Source: a virus (taxonomy: Duplodnaviria; Caudoviricetes). From it: a stretch of 35,970 nt of DNA. The DNA lies in IMG/VR virus record IMGVR_UViG_3300027373_000203, positions 1 through 35,970 of that record; one strand, given 5' to 3'. The notes under the pieces were generated by a model. That model had not been told where the DNA came from. It searched no databases and saw only the letters and a list, made by a program, of their open reading frames with translations. The translations under genes and the position numbers were made by a program. Below, piece by piece: positions 34,959 through 35,970 of this stretch (positions are counted from its first letter, which is position 1; each line of letters begins with the position of its first letter).

Positions 34959-35970
34959 CAAGGATGGTAAAAAAGTTCTTTATGTGGATTACACAGAAGA
35001 AAGTGGAAGGAGGGTGAGAAGGTCACTCAACCTCCAAGAATCTAAGGCAAATATCGCTTATGTAAAGAGAAATATTATACCTGAAATTGAGCGTAAAATA
35101 AAGTATGGTGTAGAATTTCGAGAGTACAAAATGAGCGAATTTACAGACATTGTTCTGAAAAAAGCTAAGGAAAACAAAAAAATCAATACGTTTGTTACCT
35201 ATGAAAAAGCAGTAAATAAATTCTACTCTATTATGGGTGATGTAAATATTGAGAAGATTTTTGTAAAGAATATTGAAAATTACGTAAATTCTTTAAAGAG
35301 AGAAGGTCTTTCTAGCGCTACGATTAATTTATATCTAGTTCCTATAAAGATGGCTTTTAAAGAAGCTATGAGATTAGAAATAATTGACAAAAATCCAGTT
35401 CCTTTGGCTGATAAGCCGATAGTTAAAAACAAAGAAAAGAAAGTTTTTAACCTCATACAAATGCATCAAATTTTAGAAAAAGCAGAAGGTGAGTTAAAGA
35501 CGTTTTTGTACTTTGCGTTCTTTACTGGTGCAAGACCTGGAGAAATTGTTGCTTTAAGATGGAGTGATATTTCAAACAATATGATTTTCATTAATCGTAC
35601 TTCTATACAGAACGGAAAAATGGAAAATCTACCAAAAGGCGGTAAAAAAAGAAGTTTTGATTTGCTAAAACCTCTTGGAGATTATCTTTTAACTATTGAT
35701 AAAAAAAGAGATAAGATATTTTCATATAAATATGAGGCTTATGCAAGGAGCTTTTCACGCTTTTTGGTTAATAAAGGGTTTGAAAGAAACACATTACATT
35801 CAACAAGGCATACATTCACAAGCCTTCTAATGAAGTCAAGAGAAGATCCAACATTGATACAGTATTTTTTAGGTCATTCTTCGCTGAATATGATTAATAA
35901 AGTTTATGCACATTATATTCATGATGAGAATGATGCTAAGAGATTAGGAAATATGTTGGCACAATCTTGA
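34930..35970 (+). CDS. int: Tyrosine integrase
   Basis: TGARPGE (R), K, HSTRH, LGH, VYAHY; N-terminal arm-binding-like and SAM-like domains. Confidence 0.96.
   Translation: MEVKLYSRPNKDGKKVLYVDYTEESGRRVRRSLNLQESKANIAYVKRNIIPEIERKIKYGVEFREYKMSEFTDIVLKKAKENKKINTFVTYEKAVNKFYSIMGDVNIEKIFVKNIENYVNSLKREGLSSATINLYLVPIKMAFKEAMRLEIIDKNPVPLADKPIVKNKEKKVFNLIQMHQILEKAEGELKTFLYFAFFTGARPGEIVALRWSDISNNMIFINRTSIQNGKMENLPKGGKKRSFDLLKPLGDYLLTIDKKRDKIFSYKYEAYARSFSRFLVNKGFERNTLHSTRHTFTSLLMKSREDPTLIQYFLGHSSLNMINKVYAHYIHDENDAKRLGNMLAQS

Larger units (their letters stand above)
1..35970. mobile_element. Temperate siphovirus prophage or complete genome (HK97-like head, tyrosine integrase)
   Basis: Full set of packaging, head, tail, lysis, immunity, recombination and integration modules; 14-bp repeat TTGGCACAATCTTG near both ends (202-215 and 35956-35969). 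Confidence 0.95.

Overview
The window is an essentially complete, AT-rich temperate siphovirus genome or prophage of about 36 kb with an HK97-like head and probable cos packaging. The host is Gram-negative, as shown by a two-component spanin. Campylobacterota (Sulfurospirillum/Arcobacter-like) is my inference from composition and gene style, not something proven here. Plus-strand order: att-like region, RusA/HNH/XRE, HNH-AP2 endonuclease, replication initiator with internal iterons, three orphan DNA methyltransferases, YopX/ASCH accessory genes, candidate late activator, HNH-cos-TerS-TerL, portal/protease/capsid, neck, tail with a -1 frameshifted chaperone, tape measure, a very small tail-tip module and lysis genes. 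These are followed by a minus-strand six-gene lysogenic operon headed by cI, then cro, Rha, a ~580-nt non-coding array of RNA hairpins, RecE/RecT-like genes, SSB, a Xis-like gene and a tyrosine integrase ending on the last base. The most interesting observations are: (1) the multi-domain structured non-coding region at 31279-31856; (2) the cI-coupled operon encoding an unknown protein, a TerB-like/BRCT protein, an exported protein and an exported thermonuclease; (3) an att-like 14-bp repeat overlapping the integrase stop, with att splitting the early operon; (4) exact 39-bp late-promoter-like repeats. All calls come from reading motifs by eye; no database searches were run.
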